A DNA stretch of 64,000 nt. It comes from Candidatus Omnitrophota bacterium. Lineage in GTDB: Bacteria; Omnitrophota; Gorgyraeia; 2-02-FULL-51-18. The notes under the pieces were generated by a model that worked only from the letters and a program-made list of their open reading frames with translations, made no database searches and had not been told where the DNA came from. Both the position numbers and the translations under genes were made by a program. Below are positions 46,826 to 56,156 of the stretch, in pieces. Every line of letters starts with the position of its first letter. Positions within the stretch are counted from its first letter, which is position 1. Where the stretch lies: the NCBI GenBank assembly GCA_945877765.1, contig CAMDWQ010000012.1:1-64000 (forward strand). The letters are read 5' to 3'.

Positions 46826-48172
46826 TTATTTGATAGTGTCAACCTTGTAAACAATTCCCAACCGGCTCAAAAGATCAAAGAATGTTGGAAAAGAAGTGTT
46901 GATGCAGTGGGTGTCTTTGACGCCACTCTCACCCTTGGCGATCATGCCGGCAACGACCAGCGACATCGCCACGCGGTGATCTTTGAACGAATCCACCTCG
47001 GTGCCGCGCAAGAGTGTTTTTTTGCCGTTGGGATTGATATAAATGGTATTTTTTTCCACGCGGATATCGGCTCCCATTTTTCTCAAGCCGGTGGTCATTG
47101 TTTCGATGCGATCGCTTTCTTTGACGCGAAGCTCATCCGCGTCATGAATTACGCTGACTCCCTCCGCTTGAGTCGCGAGCACCATCAAAATGGGGACTTC
47201 ATCGATTAGCGACGGCAACTCTTCTTTTTTAATTTCAAACGCTTTCAATTTTTGAGCATTCAAAGAAAAATCAACTACCTTTTCCGGCCCCGCCATCTTG
47301 CCGTCATTCCAATTTCCAAAAACCACGCCCATTCTTTTCAAAACTTCAAAAATTCCTGTGCGTGAGGGATTGTTGAGTACAGACTTAAATTCAATGGACG
47401 CCCCCGGAAGCAAGACAGCCATCGCCATAAAAAAAGCCGCGCTCGACACGTCGCCGGCAATAGGAAAACTACGCGCCTCCAGCTTTTGCCCTCCCTCGAC
47501 CGACACCCGAAGCCCTTCCCTTTTAATTTTGACACCAAAGTATTCCATAAAATTTTCTGTGTGGTCCCGCGATAATACCGGCTCTGTCACGCTCGTACAG
47601 CCTTTCGCATAAAGACCCGCCAGAAGAATAGCCGACTTCACCTGTGCGCTTGATACCGTTAGTTTTGCATCGATAGGTGATAAGCGTTGGCCCTTAATTT
47701 TAAGCGGGGCATAATTCGCGTTGTCGCGGCCTTCGATCACAGCGCCCATTTGTTTTAAATAATCCGTGACACGCCTCATCGGACGGGAGGAAAGCGAAGG
47801 ATCGCCGGTCAGCGTAGATTCAAAAGATTGGCCCGCCAGAATACCCGACAGAAGACGCATCGAGGTCCCTGAATTACCGCAGTCCAAAGCAGTGGCGGAA
47901 GCTCTCAGACCACCAAGTCCCTTGCCCCACACCGTGAGGGTTTCGGGGGATTCGGCTTCGATGGTCACTCCCATCGCCTCGAAAGCCTTGCGCGTACAAA
48001 CACAATCTTCTCCGGAAAGAACGTTGGTAAATGAGGACTTCCCTTCGGCAAGCGCGCCAAACATGATCGCTCGGTGGGACAAGGATTTGTCGCCAGAGAA
48101 AGAAAGTGCTCCTGAAACCGGCGTTGAAACTTTATGAACGCTGACGCTTTGAATCATGGGGGCCTTTTTCAT
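46826..48172 (-). CDS. aroA: 3-phosphoshikimate 1-carboxyvinyltransferase (EPSP synthase)
   Basis: LDCGNSGTSMRLLSG motif; 448 aa. Confidence 0.9.
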   Translation of the reverse strand: MKKAPMIQSVSVHKVSTPVSGALSFSGDKSLSHRAIMFGALAEGKSSFTNVLSGEDCVCTRKAFEAMGVTIEAESPETLTVWGKGLGGLRASATALDCGNSGTSMRLLSGILAGQSFESTLTGDPSLSSRPMRRVTDYLKQMGAVIEGRDNANYAPLKIKGQRLSPIDAKLTVSSAQVKSAILLAGLYAKGCTSVTEPVLSRDHTENFMEYFGVKIKREGLRVSVEGGQKLEARSFPIAGDVSSAAFFMAMAVLLPGASIEFKSVLNNPSRTGIFEVLKRMGVVFGNWNDGKMAGPEKVVDFSLNAQKLKAFEIKKEELPSLIDEVPILMVLATQAEGVSVIHDADELRVKESDRIETMTTGLRKMGADIRVEKNTIYINPNGKKTLLRGTEVDSFKDHRVAMSLVVAGMIAKGESGVKDTHCINTSFPTFFDLLSRLGIVYKVDTIK

Positions 48173-49079
48173 GTTCAGCCTGGCGGATGACTTCCATCAT
48201 ATCTTCTGGTATTGCGCTTTCAAATTGCATCAGCTTCCCTGATTTTGGATGCGAAAACTCAATTTTTGAGGCGTGTAAACACAGCCGGTCTCCCGGTTTG
48301 CCCGAACCATAAATCACATCCCCCACCACCGGATATCCCAAGCGCGTCATATGGACGCGAATCTGGTGAGTTCTTCCTGTGACAATGCGCACCGCCAAGA
48401 GCGTGGTATAAGGAAAACGCTTTAAAACTTTATAATACGATTCAGCTTCGCGTGCTTTTTCATTGTGAGAAACCGCCATTTTCCCGCGTATCTTTGGGTC
48501 ATGAAAAATGGGCTCCAGGATACGCCCTTCCTCAAACTCAACGCGCCCCTTGACCAGGGTGGTGTAGGTTTTGGACAGGCTGCGGGACATAAACTGCGCT
48601 TGAAGCTGCCGATGAGCAAGATTATTTTTAGCAACCAGCAAAATCCCTGAAGTGTCCTTATCCAGCCGATGAACAATCCCCGGCCTCTCTTTTCCGCCGA
48701 CGGAGGAAAGATTGGCGCTGTGGCCCACCAGCGCGTGAACGAGCGTGCCCTTTTTATTGCCAGCGCCCGGATGGACGACCATTCCCGCGGGCTTTTCCAC
48801 CACCAGCATGGACGCATCCTCAAAAAGAATTTTAAGAGGGATGCTTTCCCCTTTTATTTCAAAAGGAGCTTTCGGGATAAGATTGGCTTCGATGCGATCC
48901 CCTTGATTGACGGCATCGCGTGGGCGAGCCGTTTTTCCATTGAGCAATATCTTGTTTTCACCCATCGCAATTTTAATTTCTTCGCGCGAAAATTGGCCAT
49001 CCAGGACCTGCGCTAAATAGGCGTCAATTCTTTTGGGGACGTAAATCAAAGGGACTTCATGCTTAAACAAAAAGCTCAT
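48132..49079 (-). CDS. RluA-family 23S rRNA pseudouridine synthase (RluD-like)
   Basis: S4 domain plus catalytic HRLDKDTSGILLVAK. The likely start is MSFLFK. Confidence 0.8.
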   Translation of the reverse strand: MSFLFKHEVPLIYVPKRIDAYLAQVLDGQFSREEIKIAMGENKILLNGKTARPRDAVNQGDRIEANLIPKAPFEIKGESIPLKILFEDASMLVVEKPAGMVVHPGAGNKKGTLVHALVGHSANLSSVGGKERPGIVHRLDKDTSGILLVAKNNLAHRQLQAQFMSRSLSKTYTTLVKGRVEFEEGRILEPIFHDPKIRGKMAVSHNEKAREAESYYKVLKRFPYTTLLAVRIVTGRTHQIRVHMTRLGYPVVGDVIYGSGKPGDRLCLHASKIEFSHPKSGKLMQFESAIPEDMMEVIRQAEHEKGPHDSKRQRS

Positions 49080-49807
49080 TTTTGGGTTCTCTGTGAAATC
49101 AAAATTAGTAAAACAGGGACAAAAAATGCCAGGCTCATCCATTGCGGCAATGTCAGAAAAAAATAGTGGCTGTTATCGCCTCTTAAGAATTCCAATACAA
49201 AGCGAAGCATAGAATACAAAAGCAAGTAGACCCAAAAAACTTGCCCCAAACGCCGTGAGGGCGACGCAAAGCGGAAAAGAAATGCCGAAATAATAAATAA
49301 ACCAAGTGCCTCAAAAAGCTGGCTTGGAAAAACAGCGTAAGGCTGATCCGGAAACCGCACCCCCAACACAGAGTTTGTCCTAAGTCCATAACAGCACCCG
49401 TTAAAAAAACAACCGATTCTACCAATTCCATGCGCCAGCGCGGCAATCGGTGAAAAAAAATCGCATAATTTTAAAATAGGCCAACCACGCCAACGTAGAT
49501 ACAAAGCCGTTATCAAAATACCTCCAAAAAGGCCGCCGTACCACACAAGGCCGCCTTCTTGAATTCGCAACACAGCCCACCAATCTCCGGCATAATCGTC
49601 AAAATTTTGGACTACATAAAGCGCCCGAGCGCCCATAATGCCCGAAATAAAAAGAACAAACAGTGCATCCGCCGCCATCGTCCGGTCGACACTGAAACGA
49701 GCCGCTCTCTTTTCTGCTAAGACAAGAGAGACCGCCATCGCCATCGCGACAAAAAAGCCATACGAGTAGATCGTGAGTTGCTTAAGCTGAAAAAGAATCG
49801 GATGCAT
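49076..49807 (-). CDS. lgt: Prolipoprotein diacylglyceryl transferase
   Basis: Lgt signature GRIGCFFNGCCYG. Confidence 0.85.
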   Translation of the reverse strand: MHPILFQLKQLTIYSYGFFVAMAMAVSLVLAEKRAARFSVDRTMAADALFVLFISGIMGARALYVVQNFDDYAGDWWAVLRIQEGGLVWYGGLFGGILITALYLRWRGWPILKLCDFFSPIAALAHGIGRIGCFFNGCCYGLRTNSVLGVRFPDQPYAVFPSQLFEALGLFIISAFLFRFASPSRRLGQVFWVYLLLYSMLRFVLEFLRGDNSHYFFLTLPQWMSLAFFVPVLLILISQRTQK

Positions 49808-50257
49808 CTATCGTTGCTTTCTGAAAGTGCCTAAAACCACCAAAAATACCCCCACACAGACAAAGGAATCAGCTAAATTAAAAACAGGCCAGACTCGAAA
49901 ATCAAGAAAGTCGATGACGTAACGATAAAGCACGCGGTCGTGAAGATTTCCTAAAGCTCCCCCGACAACCAAAATCCATCCCCAGCGCTGAAGCGGGCGT
50001 AGAGTTTCGTGATAGCGTAGAATACAAAAAAGAATCACCCAAATGGAAATCAGGGTGACCGCCACCAGAATATTTGCGGCTCCAGGGAAGAGCCCAAAAG
50101 CAGCTCCTGTATTATTCACACGAGTCAGATAAAATACACCAGGTATTACAGGATGGGCTTGATGTTCAGGCAAAACCGCAACGACCAACTGCTTTGATAT
50201 TTGATCAGCCAGGTATAAAAAAAAGACAGGTAATAAAAGAAAGTATTTTTTAAACAA
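49808..50257 (-). CDS. lspA: Lipoprotein signal peptidase II
   Basis: VNNTGAAFG and FNLADSFV motifs. Confidence 0.8.
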   Translation of the reverse strand: MFKKYFLLLPVFFLYLADQISKQLVVAVLPEHQAHPVIPGVFYLTRVNNTGAAFGLFPGAANILVAVTLISIWVILFCILRYHETLRPLQRWGWILVVGGALGNLHDRVLYRYVIDFLDFRVWPVFNLADSFVCVGVFLVVLGTFRKQR

Positions 50258-50266
50258 GCGAAACCA

Positions 50267-50392
50267 AAGCAGTTTGCTGAATAAGCCTTATATGCAAGGC
50301 GCGAAGAAGTGAGCGCGGAGACGCTATGGGAATAGCGTCGCACAAGCGAACGACTGAGCAACGCAGCAGATGAGGCTTATTCAGCAAACTGC
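50267..50392. repeat. MITE-like element: perfect 21-bp terminal inverted repeats (agcagtttgctgaataagcct / aggcttattcagcaaactgct) around an approximately 84-bp core
   Basis: Seen directly in the lspA / dksA-like intergenic region. The overlapping track ORFs are spurious. Confidence 0.5.
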
Positions 50393-50799
50393 TAGCGTTT
50401 CTTTTTTTCTTGAGATTCCTGGCATGGAACGCAAAGCTCAGCATAAGGAACCGCTTTCAAGCGCGCGACGGCTATTTTTTTATCACAGAGCTCGCACTTG
50501 CCGTAGGAACCATCATCGATTCTTTCCATCGCCGCGTTGATGCGATGAACAACCGCCTGCTCTTTGTCAGCAAGCCCTAGAGAAAACTCGCGGTCGTAGT
50601 TGTCGGTGGCAACATCGGCCATGTGAAGGCTATAAGCGGAAAGGTCTCCGGCGGCGTCACGTTGAGAGGTTTTGAGGGCGTCATCGGCAATGTGCTGGAT
50701 TCCTTTTTGGAGCTCGGCTTTCTTTTTCAAAAGTAACTCTTTGAATGAACTTAGATTCTTTTTTTCCACGCCTAGACTCCTTTTAACGCATCCATACAA
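50392..50799 (-). CDS. DksA/TraR-family C4 zinc-finger protein
   Basis: C-terminal CxxC-N17-CxxC (CELCDKKI...CVPCQ) with a coiled-coil N-terminus. Confidence 0.7.
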   Translation of the reverse strand: MYGCVKRSLGVEKKNLSSFKELLLKKKAELQKGIQHIADDALKTSQRDAAGDLSAYSLHMADVATDNYDREFSLGLADKEQAVVHRINAAMERIDDGSYGKCELCDKKIAVARLKAVPYAELCVPCQESQEKKKR

Positions 50800-53564
50800 C
50801 GGTGACAGAGCGTCGGATGATCCACATTAATCCCGACGGACTCGCGATGATTCCAGCAACGCTCACATTTTTTTCCGGCGGCCTTTAAAACATTGGTCCC
50901 AATACCCTCGCCAGCCGCGGCGTCTAGCCGAATCTTTACTCCCGAAACAAGAAACAACCCGGGTAAATCTTCACCAAAATATTGCAAAAATTGATGCTCT
51001 TCGGATTTAGAAACAGTTAATTCTACCTCAGCCTCCAACGAATTACCAATTTCTTTTTTCTCACGTTTTTCTTCCAGAGCCTTGAGCACTTTTTCGCGGT
51101 AAATCATCAACTTTTCCCAGGTCCCCTCGATTTCAACCTTCCGCCGAGCGGGTGCCGCTTTGGGCATTGGCTCTAGATGAATGCTACCTGAAAAACCAAC
51201 GGATTTCCAGACCTCCTCAGAAGTAAAACTTAAAATCGGTGCCAAAATCTTTGCCAGACTCGTCAATATCTCATAGAGCACTGTGCGCGAGGAGCGTCCC
51301 GAGGCGGATGAACGCGGGTCGGTATAAAGCCGATCTTTCAACACATCCAAATAAAAAGAAGACATCTCCTTGACGCAGAAATTGTAAACCGCATGATAAA
51401 TCCGGTGGATCTCCCCATTTTCATAGGCGTGGTGAGCCTCCTCTTTCAAAAGCTCCAGCTTTGAAAGTGCCCAGCGGTCCACTTCCAGAAGCTCCTCATA
51501 TTTAAGGGTATCCTGTAGCGGCTGGAAACCGTGAAGGTTGCCCAAAAGATATTTGAATGTGTTTCGGATTTTGCGGTAACCTTCCGCCAGCTGTTTTAGG
51601 CTTTCGCGTGACAGACGGATGTCGTCAGAAGTGTCCGTGGAGGCCACCCACAACCTTAGGATGTCCGCGCCATATTCTTTCATGACTTCCAAAGGTGAAA
51701 GAACATTTCCTTGAGATTTGGACATCTTGCGTCCGTCGCCGTCCACAATAAAGCCGTGAGTCAGCACCGATTCATAAGGCGCCTTCCCAAAGATTCCGCA
51801 AGAGACCAGAAGGGAGCTCTGAAACCAGCCGCGATGCTGATCACTGCCCTCCAGATAGAGGTCCGCCGGATAAGAAAGCGGCTCATTATCAATCAACACG
51901 GAAAGAAAACTAGCGCCCGATTCAAACCACACATCAAGGATATCTTCGCCTTTTTTGAAATCCTTGCCATTGCATTTGGGGCACGAAAATTTTCCACCGG
52001 TCAACTCAGCCGCTGATTTCTTAAACCACACATCAGAGCCTTCTTTTCGAAAGAGTTCGCGGATATGCCGAATCAAGGCCACGTCCAACACCGTTTCATC
52101 GCAAGCGACGCACGTGAATGCGGGAACAGGAATCCCCCAATAGCGTTGTCTGGACAAACACCAATCCGGGCGGGATTCCAACATCCCTGAGATACGGTTA
52201 CGCCCCGACTCGGGAATCCATTTGACTTTTTTAACCGCTTCCAAAAGCTTGCCGCGAAAACCAAATTTATCGACACCCAAAAACCACTGCCGCGTCGCGC
52301 GCGTAATTACAGCGCTCTTGCAGCGCCAACAGCCGGGATACGAATGCTTGATTTCAGACCAGAAAATGAGGTTGTTCTGCGCGATCAGTAGCTCTTGAAT
52401 CCTGGGATTGGCCTTTAGTAAATGAGTCCCCTTAAATTCACCCGCCTCTTCCTTAAATCTTCCCTTGTCATCCACCGGCATCAAAATTGGCAGCCCATAC
52501 TTAAGCCCCGCACGATAATCATCCATGCCATGGCCCGGCGCGATATGCACACAACCCGTTCCATCCTCGCGCGAAACATAATCCGCTGTGATAACACTAG
52601 CGGCACGATCAATAAACGGATGCTGTGCTATCAGCCCCTCTAACTCAGCGCCTGTTTTTTTCAAGACAATCTCATAATCCTCTGGCGATTGAGGCGAAAT
52701 CATCTGCATCAGACCCGCCAGACGCTGTTCAACTACAATCACGATCCCATGGGATTTTGTTTGGACGAAATCATATTCAAAAATAGGATTTAACGCCACG
52801 CCGACATTGGCCAAAAGCGTCCAGGGGGTGGTTGTCCACACCGCAAACGATACCCGGCTATCGGAGATACCCTTAATGCCTTTTTTCGCCAGCTCTTCTT
52901 TGCTGACTGGGAACAAAACATGGATGGAGGGCGAAACATGATTTTCATCGTATTCCAACTCGGCCTCCGCTAGAGCCGTCTCACAAGAAATACACCAGTG
53001 CACCGGCTTCAGGCTCTGGAAAATAAACCCCTTTTCTGTCAAGCGGGCAAACGCGTCAATGACACCCGCCTCAAAATCAGGATTCAGCGTCAAATAAGGC
53101 TTTTCCCAATCCGCCAAAATTCCCAACCGCTTGAACTGCCCCTTCTGCTTTTCGACAAACCCCATGGCGTAATCCCGCGCCTTTTGGCGAAAAATAACCG
53201 GGTCCATTTCGGCCTTGTTGATTTTAAGTTCTTTTAGCAGTTGATGTTCAACGGGAAGCCCGTGGCAATCCCATCCTGGCACAAAAGGCGCGTCCAAACC
53301 TTTCATGTTTTGATATTTGACAAGGATGTCCTTTAAAATTTTATTCAATGCGTGGCCCATATGAATATCACCATTGGCATAGGGGGGACCATCATGAAGG
53401 ATATATTTCTTGCGGCCGAGGGCGCGCTCGCGCAACGCCCCATAAAGATTCTCTTTTTCCCACCGCTCAAGCACCAACGGCTCTCGCTGAGGCAGGTCCG
53501 CCTTCATCGGAAAATCAGTCACCGGAAGATTTAAGCTATCTTTGTAGTTTATTTTTTCAGTCAA
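50772..53564 (-). CDS. ileS: Isoleucine--tRNA ligase
   Basis: 930 aa. HIGH (PYANGDIHMGH), KMSKS, and a C-terminal zinc-binding cysteine cluster. Confidence 0.95.
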   Translation of the reverse strand: MTEKINYKDSLNLPVTDFPMKADLPQREPLVLERWEKENLYGALRERALGRKKYILHDGPPYANGDIHMGHALNKILKDILVKYQNMKGLDAPFVPGWDCHGLPVEHQLLKELKINKAEMDPVIFRQKARDYAMGFVEKQKGQFKRLGILADWEKPYLTLNPDFEAGVIDAFARLTEKGFIFQSLKPVHWCISCETALAEAELEYDENHVSPSIHVLFPVSKEELAKKGIKGISDSRVSFAVWTTTPWTLLANVGVALNPIFEYDFVQTKSHGIVIVVEQRLAGLMQMISPQSPEDYEIVLKKTGAELEGLIAQHPFIDRAASVITADYVSREDGTGCVHIAPGHGMDDYRAGLKYGLPILMPVDDKGRFKEEAGEFKGTHLLKANPRIQELLIAQNNLIFWSEIKHSYPGCWRCKSAVITRATRQWFLGVDKFGFRGKLLEAVKKVKWIPESGRNRISGMLESRPDWCLSRQRYWGIPVPAFTCVACDETVLDVALIRHIRELFRKEGSDVWFKKSAAELTGGKFSCPKCNGKDFKKGEDILDVWFESGASFLSVLIDNEPLSYPADLYLEGSDQHRGWFQSSLLVSCGIFGKAPYESVLTHGFIVDGDGRKMSKSQGNVLSPLEVMKEYGADILRLWVASTDTSDDIRLSRESLKQLAEGYRKIRNTFKYLLGNLHGFQPLQDTLKYEELLEVDRWALSKLELLKEEAHHAYENGEIHRIYHAVYNFCVKEMSSFYLDVLKDRLYTDPRSSASGRSSRTVLYEILTSLAKILAPILSFTSEEVWKSVGFSGSIHLEPMPKAAPARRKVEIEGTWEKLMIYREKVLKALEEKREKKEIGNSLEAEVELTVSKSEEHQFLQYFGEDLPGLFLVSGVKIRLDAAAGEGIGTNVLKAAGKKCERCWNHRESVGINVDHPTLCHRCMDALKGV

Positions 53565-53620
53565 TTTCTAAGTCCTCATGTCATCCCCGCGAAAGCGGGG
53601 ATCCGCTTCAATACCAACTT

Positions 53621-53920
53621 CTACTGCAGACGCGCGGCAAATCCCATGAGCGTCTGTACCAGAAATATTTTTAGAAAAAAGATAAAAAGTGCTGCAATCA
53701 TCGGCGAAAGATCAATCCCGATCGAATGAGCCGGCAAAAGCTTGCGAAACGGCGCCAGCACAGGCTCGGTTGCCCGTTCGATAAACTGCACGATAGGATT
53801 GTAAGGATCGGGGTTTACCCAGCTAAGCAGCGCGCGAATGAGAATCATCCACCAATAAATATCAAGCAGATAACCCAGCACTACCGCCGTTGCATGAAAA
53901 AAATTACCCAGCACAAACAT
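53621..53920 (-). CDS. YggT-family membrane protein
   Basis: 99 aa. ...WMILIRALLSWVNPDPYNPIVQFI... is the typical YggT pattern. Confidence 0.7.
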   Translation of the reverse strand: MFVLGNFFHATAVVLGYLLDIYWWMILIRALLSWVNPDPYNPIVQFIERATEPVLAPFRKLLPAHSIGIDLSPMIAALFIFFLKIFLVQTLMGFAARLQ

Positions 53921-53922
53921 GG

Positions 53923-54783
53923 CTATTTCCCCTCTCTGAGTTCGATGGACCGCCGATGGGCCGCCTTGACGGCATCCTGAATGATCTTCCCAAAACCTTT
54001 TCTCTGAAAAACTTTAAGCGCCGCCTCGGTCGTACCGCCCTTGGAAGCCACTCTAGCAATCAGCGTCTCGGGATCTTCATCGCTCTGCGCAAGAATTTTC
54101 CCGCTGCCAAAAGCCGTTTGATACACCAGCTTCTTGGCCACATCCACCTTCATCCCCATTTCATAGGCCGCTTCAATCATTTTTTCCGTCAGCAAAAAGA
54201 AGTACGCGGGCCCGGAGCCTGATATCGCGGTCACCAGATCAATCATTTTCTCGGGAACCTGCACATATTCCCCCAAGGCCGCCAGTATCGCTTCGGCAAT
54301 TTTGCGGTCTTTTGCCGAGGCATGCTTGCCCAGGCTGTAGGCCGACATCCCCGCGCCAACCAACGCCGGCATGTTGGGCATCACACGGATAATCGCCATC
54401 GGTTTTTTTCCGCCAACACCGGCTCCGCCTCTGACGGACAAATATTCCTCAATTTTTGAAATGGGCACCCCCGCCGCGATCGAAAGAATGAGCGTCTCTT
54501 TGCCCAGGCTGCTGGCCACTTCTGCGATGGCTTCGGGAAGTATCTGGGGTTTGACCGCTAAGATGACGATATCGGCAAGCGAGACACAGTGACGGCTGGT
54601 TTTGGCAATTTTTACCGAGAGCTCTTTTTTGAGCTGCGCCATTTTTTTAGAATCAATGTCATAGATCGAAATATTTTGCGGATAGACGGATTTTTCGACC
54701 AGCCCGCGCGTCAGCGCCTGGCCCATATTTCCCGCACCGAGGATGCTGATCTTAAGCCCCGATAAAATAGATTTTGAGCTCAT
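53923..54783 (-). CDS. proC: Pyrroline-5-carboxylate reductase
   Basis: Rossmann ISILGAGNMGQAL plus the P5CR C-terminal dimerisation domain. Confidence 0.85.
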   Translation of the reverse strand: MSSKSILSGLKISILGAGNMGQALTRGLVEKSVYPQNISIYDIDSKKMAQLKKELSVKIAKTSRHCVSLADIVILAVKPQILPEAIAEVASSLGKETLILSIAAGVPISKIEEYLSVRGGAGVGGKKPMAIIRVMPNMPALVGAGMSAYSLGKHASAKDRKIAEAILAALGEYVQVPEKMIDLVTAISGSGPAYFFLLTEKMIEAAYEMGMKVDVAKKLVYQTAFGSGKILAQSDEDPETLIARVASKGGTTEAALKVFQRKGFGKIIQDAVKAAHRRSIELREGK

Positions 54784-55508
54784 GCTTTTGGTTCTCCAAA
54801 AATGACATGTCCCAAACGCACCATATTGGACCCCTCTTCAATCGCCGCCTCAAAATCACCGCTCATCCCCATCGAAAGATATTTCATTTCAAAATTTTCC
54901 GCTTTTAGCGTCTTACACACGTTAAAAATACTTTTTAATTTTTTAAAGGACGCTCTCCGCACTTCCATGTCAGGACTGTTCGGCGCGATGCCCATGAGGC
55001 CCAAAACACGCAAATTTGGGAGCGCTATCACAGCGTCCGCAGCGCTATAGATTTCTTCGGGGGCAAATCCATACTTCTGCTCCTCGCCGGAGATGTTGAT
55101 TTCCAAAAGGACGGAGACAATTTGCCCCAGCGCTGCTGCCGCTTCCTGAATTTTCTTGGCCAGTCTCACCGAATCGACCGACTGAATCAATTTAAAAAAT
55201 CCCAGAGCGTCTTTAATTTTATTCGTCTGAAGATGGCCGACCATGTGCCACTCGGCCGGAATTTGCGGTACCTTGATTGCGGCTTCCTGCAACCGATTCT
55301 CAGCAAACACGCCAATCCCCGCTTCCTGAGCCTGCCGAACGGCTTCCAGCGGCGCTCCCTTGGTCACGGCCACGACAGTAATATCTTTAAGCGTGCGGCC
55401 TGACTTGACCGCCGCGGTCTCGATGCGGCCACGCACGCGGCTGATGTTCTCTGCGATGCTCATTTTTACAGGCCCTGTTTCTCTAATTTTTTGGCCCGCT
55501 GCGCCCAA
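54780..55508 (-). CDS. yggS: PLP-binding protein YggS (alanine-racemase N-domain family)
   Basis: TIM-barrel PLP fold (AVTKG...VFAENR...HMVGHLQTNK). Confidence 0.85.
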   Translation of the reverse strand: MGAAGQKIRETGPVKMSIAENISRVRGRIETAAVKSGRTLKDITVVAVTKGAPLEAVRQAQEAGIGVFAENRLQEAAIKVPQIPAEWHMVGHLQTNKIKDALGFFKLIQSVDSVRLAKKIQEAAAALGQIVSVLLEINISGEEQKYGFAPEEIYSAADAVIALPNLRVLGLMGIAPNSPDMEVRRASFKKLKSIFNVCKTLKAENFEMKYLSMGMSGDFEAAIEEGSNMVRLGHVIFGEPKA

Positions 55509-55654
55509 GTGACTGCAGTCATCGCTACCGCGCCCAACACAAAAACAATGACGCCCAGCAGCAAGCAGACGCCAAAAAAAAGGCCTCTACTTTGAAGGGA
55601 CTTCGGGTCTCCAAAGCAGACAGAGCAGCTATAAAAAAGGGAAGATAGATTCAT
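55466..55654 (-). CDS. Small hypothetical membrane protein (62 aa)
   Basis: Two hydrophobic segments. It overlaps the yggS start, so it may not be real. Confidence 0.3.
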   Translation of the reverse strand: MNLSSLFYSCSVCFGDPKSLQSRGLFFGVCLLLGVIVFVLGAVAMTAVTWAQRAKKLEKQGL

Positions 55655-55663
55655 GCAAGCACC

Positions 55664-55840
55664 TTACTTTTTAATTTTTGAAATAAACCAGACGAGATAA
55701 CCCGCCAAAAGAATTCCCGTGACACAGGAAAGGACGGAAAGCGAAGCGCTGTTGTTTACCGTGTACTGCCAATAGCCGAAGCCAAATAAAAGTCCCACGC
55801 ATAGAAAAATGAAAGCGATATGAAACGCGCGGAGCGACAT
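55664..55840 (-). CDS. Small hypothetical two-TM membrane protein (58 aa) upstream of the cytochrome oxidase operon
   Basis: ATG-initiated ORF found by hand (MSLRAFHIAFIFLCVGLLFGFGYWQYTVNN...). It is not in the track because it is under 60 aa. Confidence 0.35.
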   Translation of the reverse strand: MSLRAFHIAFIFLCVGLLFGFGYWQYTVNNSASLSVLSCVTGILLAGYLVWFISKIKK

Positions 55841-55855
55841 CGTCTTTAGCTCCTC

Positions 55856-56143
55856 TTAAGTATGGTGCAAAGAAGGGGTCGCCAGGAGAAAAGCGAAGAA
55901 AAATACCGTTAGAATCAAAATGAAAATAATGATCTTTTTTTCCGTTGAAAGGTGCATGAAAAATGCCGCCACCAAAGACGCTTTAATGCAGGCAATAAAA
56001 AGCGCCACAGCCACCCCCAATAAAATTGGCATGTGCACATAGGAAATAGCCACGGTCACGACCGTCAGCGCCATGAGTGCAAAAAAAACACGCAGGTACA
56101 GAGTGACTTGTTTTTTGACTTCCACTTCAGAATGTCCGCTCAT
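55856..56143 (-). CDS. Cytochrome c oxidase subunit IV (small prokaryotic subunit)
   Basis: The internal ATG (MSGHSEVEVKK...) has an AAGGAAG ribosome-binding site. It has 2-3 TM helices and is the last gene of the cox operon. The longer track ORF overlaps coxC and is unlikely. Confidence 0.6.
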   Translation of the reverse strand: MSGHSEVEVKKQVTLYLRVFFALMALTVVTVAISYVHMPILLGVAVALFIACIKASLVAAFFMHLSTEKKIIIFILILTVFFFAFLLATPSLHHT

Positions 56144-56156
56144 GATCTGGCTTCCT

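Noticed and set aside
50146-50444. Two overlapping minus-strand ORFs (71 aa and 64 aa) between lspA and the dksA-like gene
   Set aside because: They are translations of the 21-bp inverted-repeat element and its arms, which is a palindrome-induced ORF artefact.
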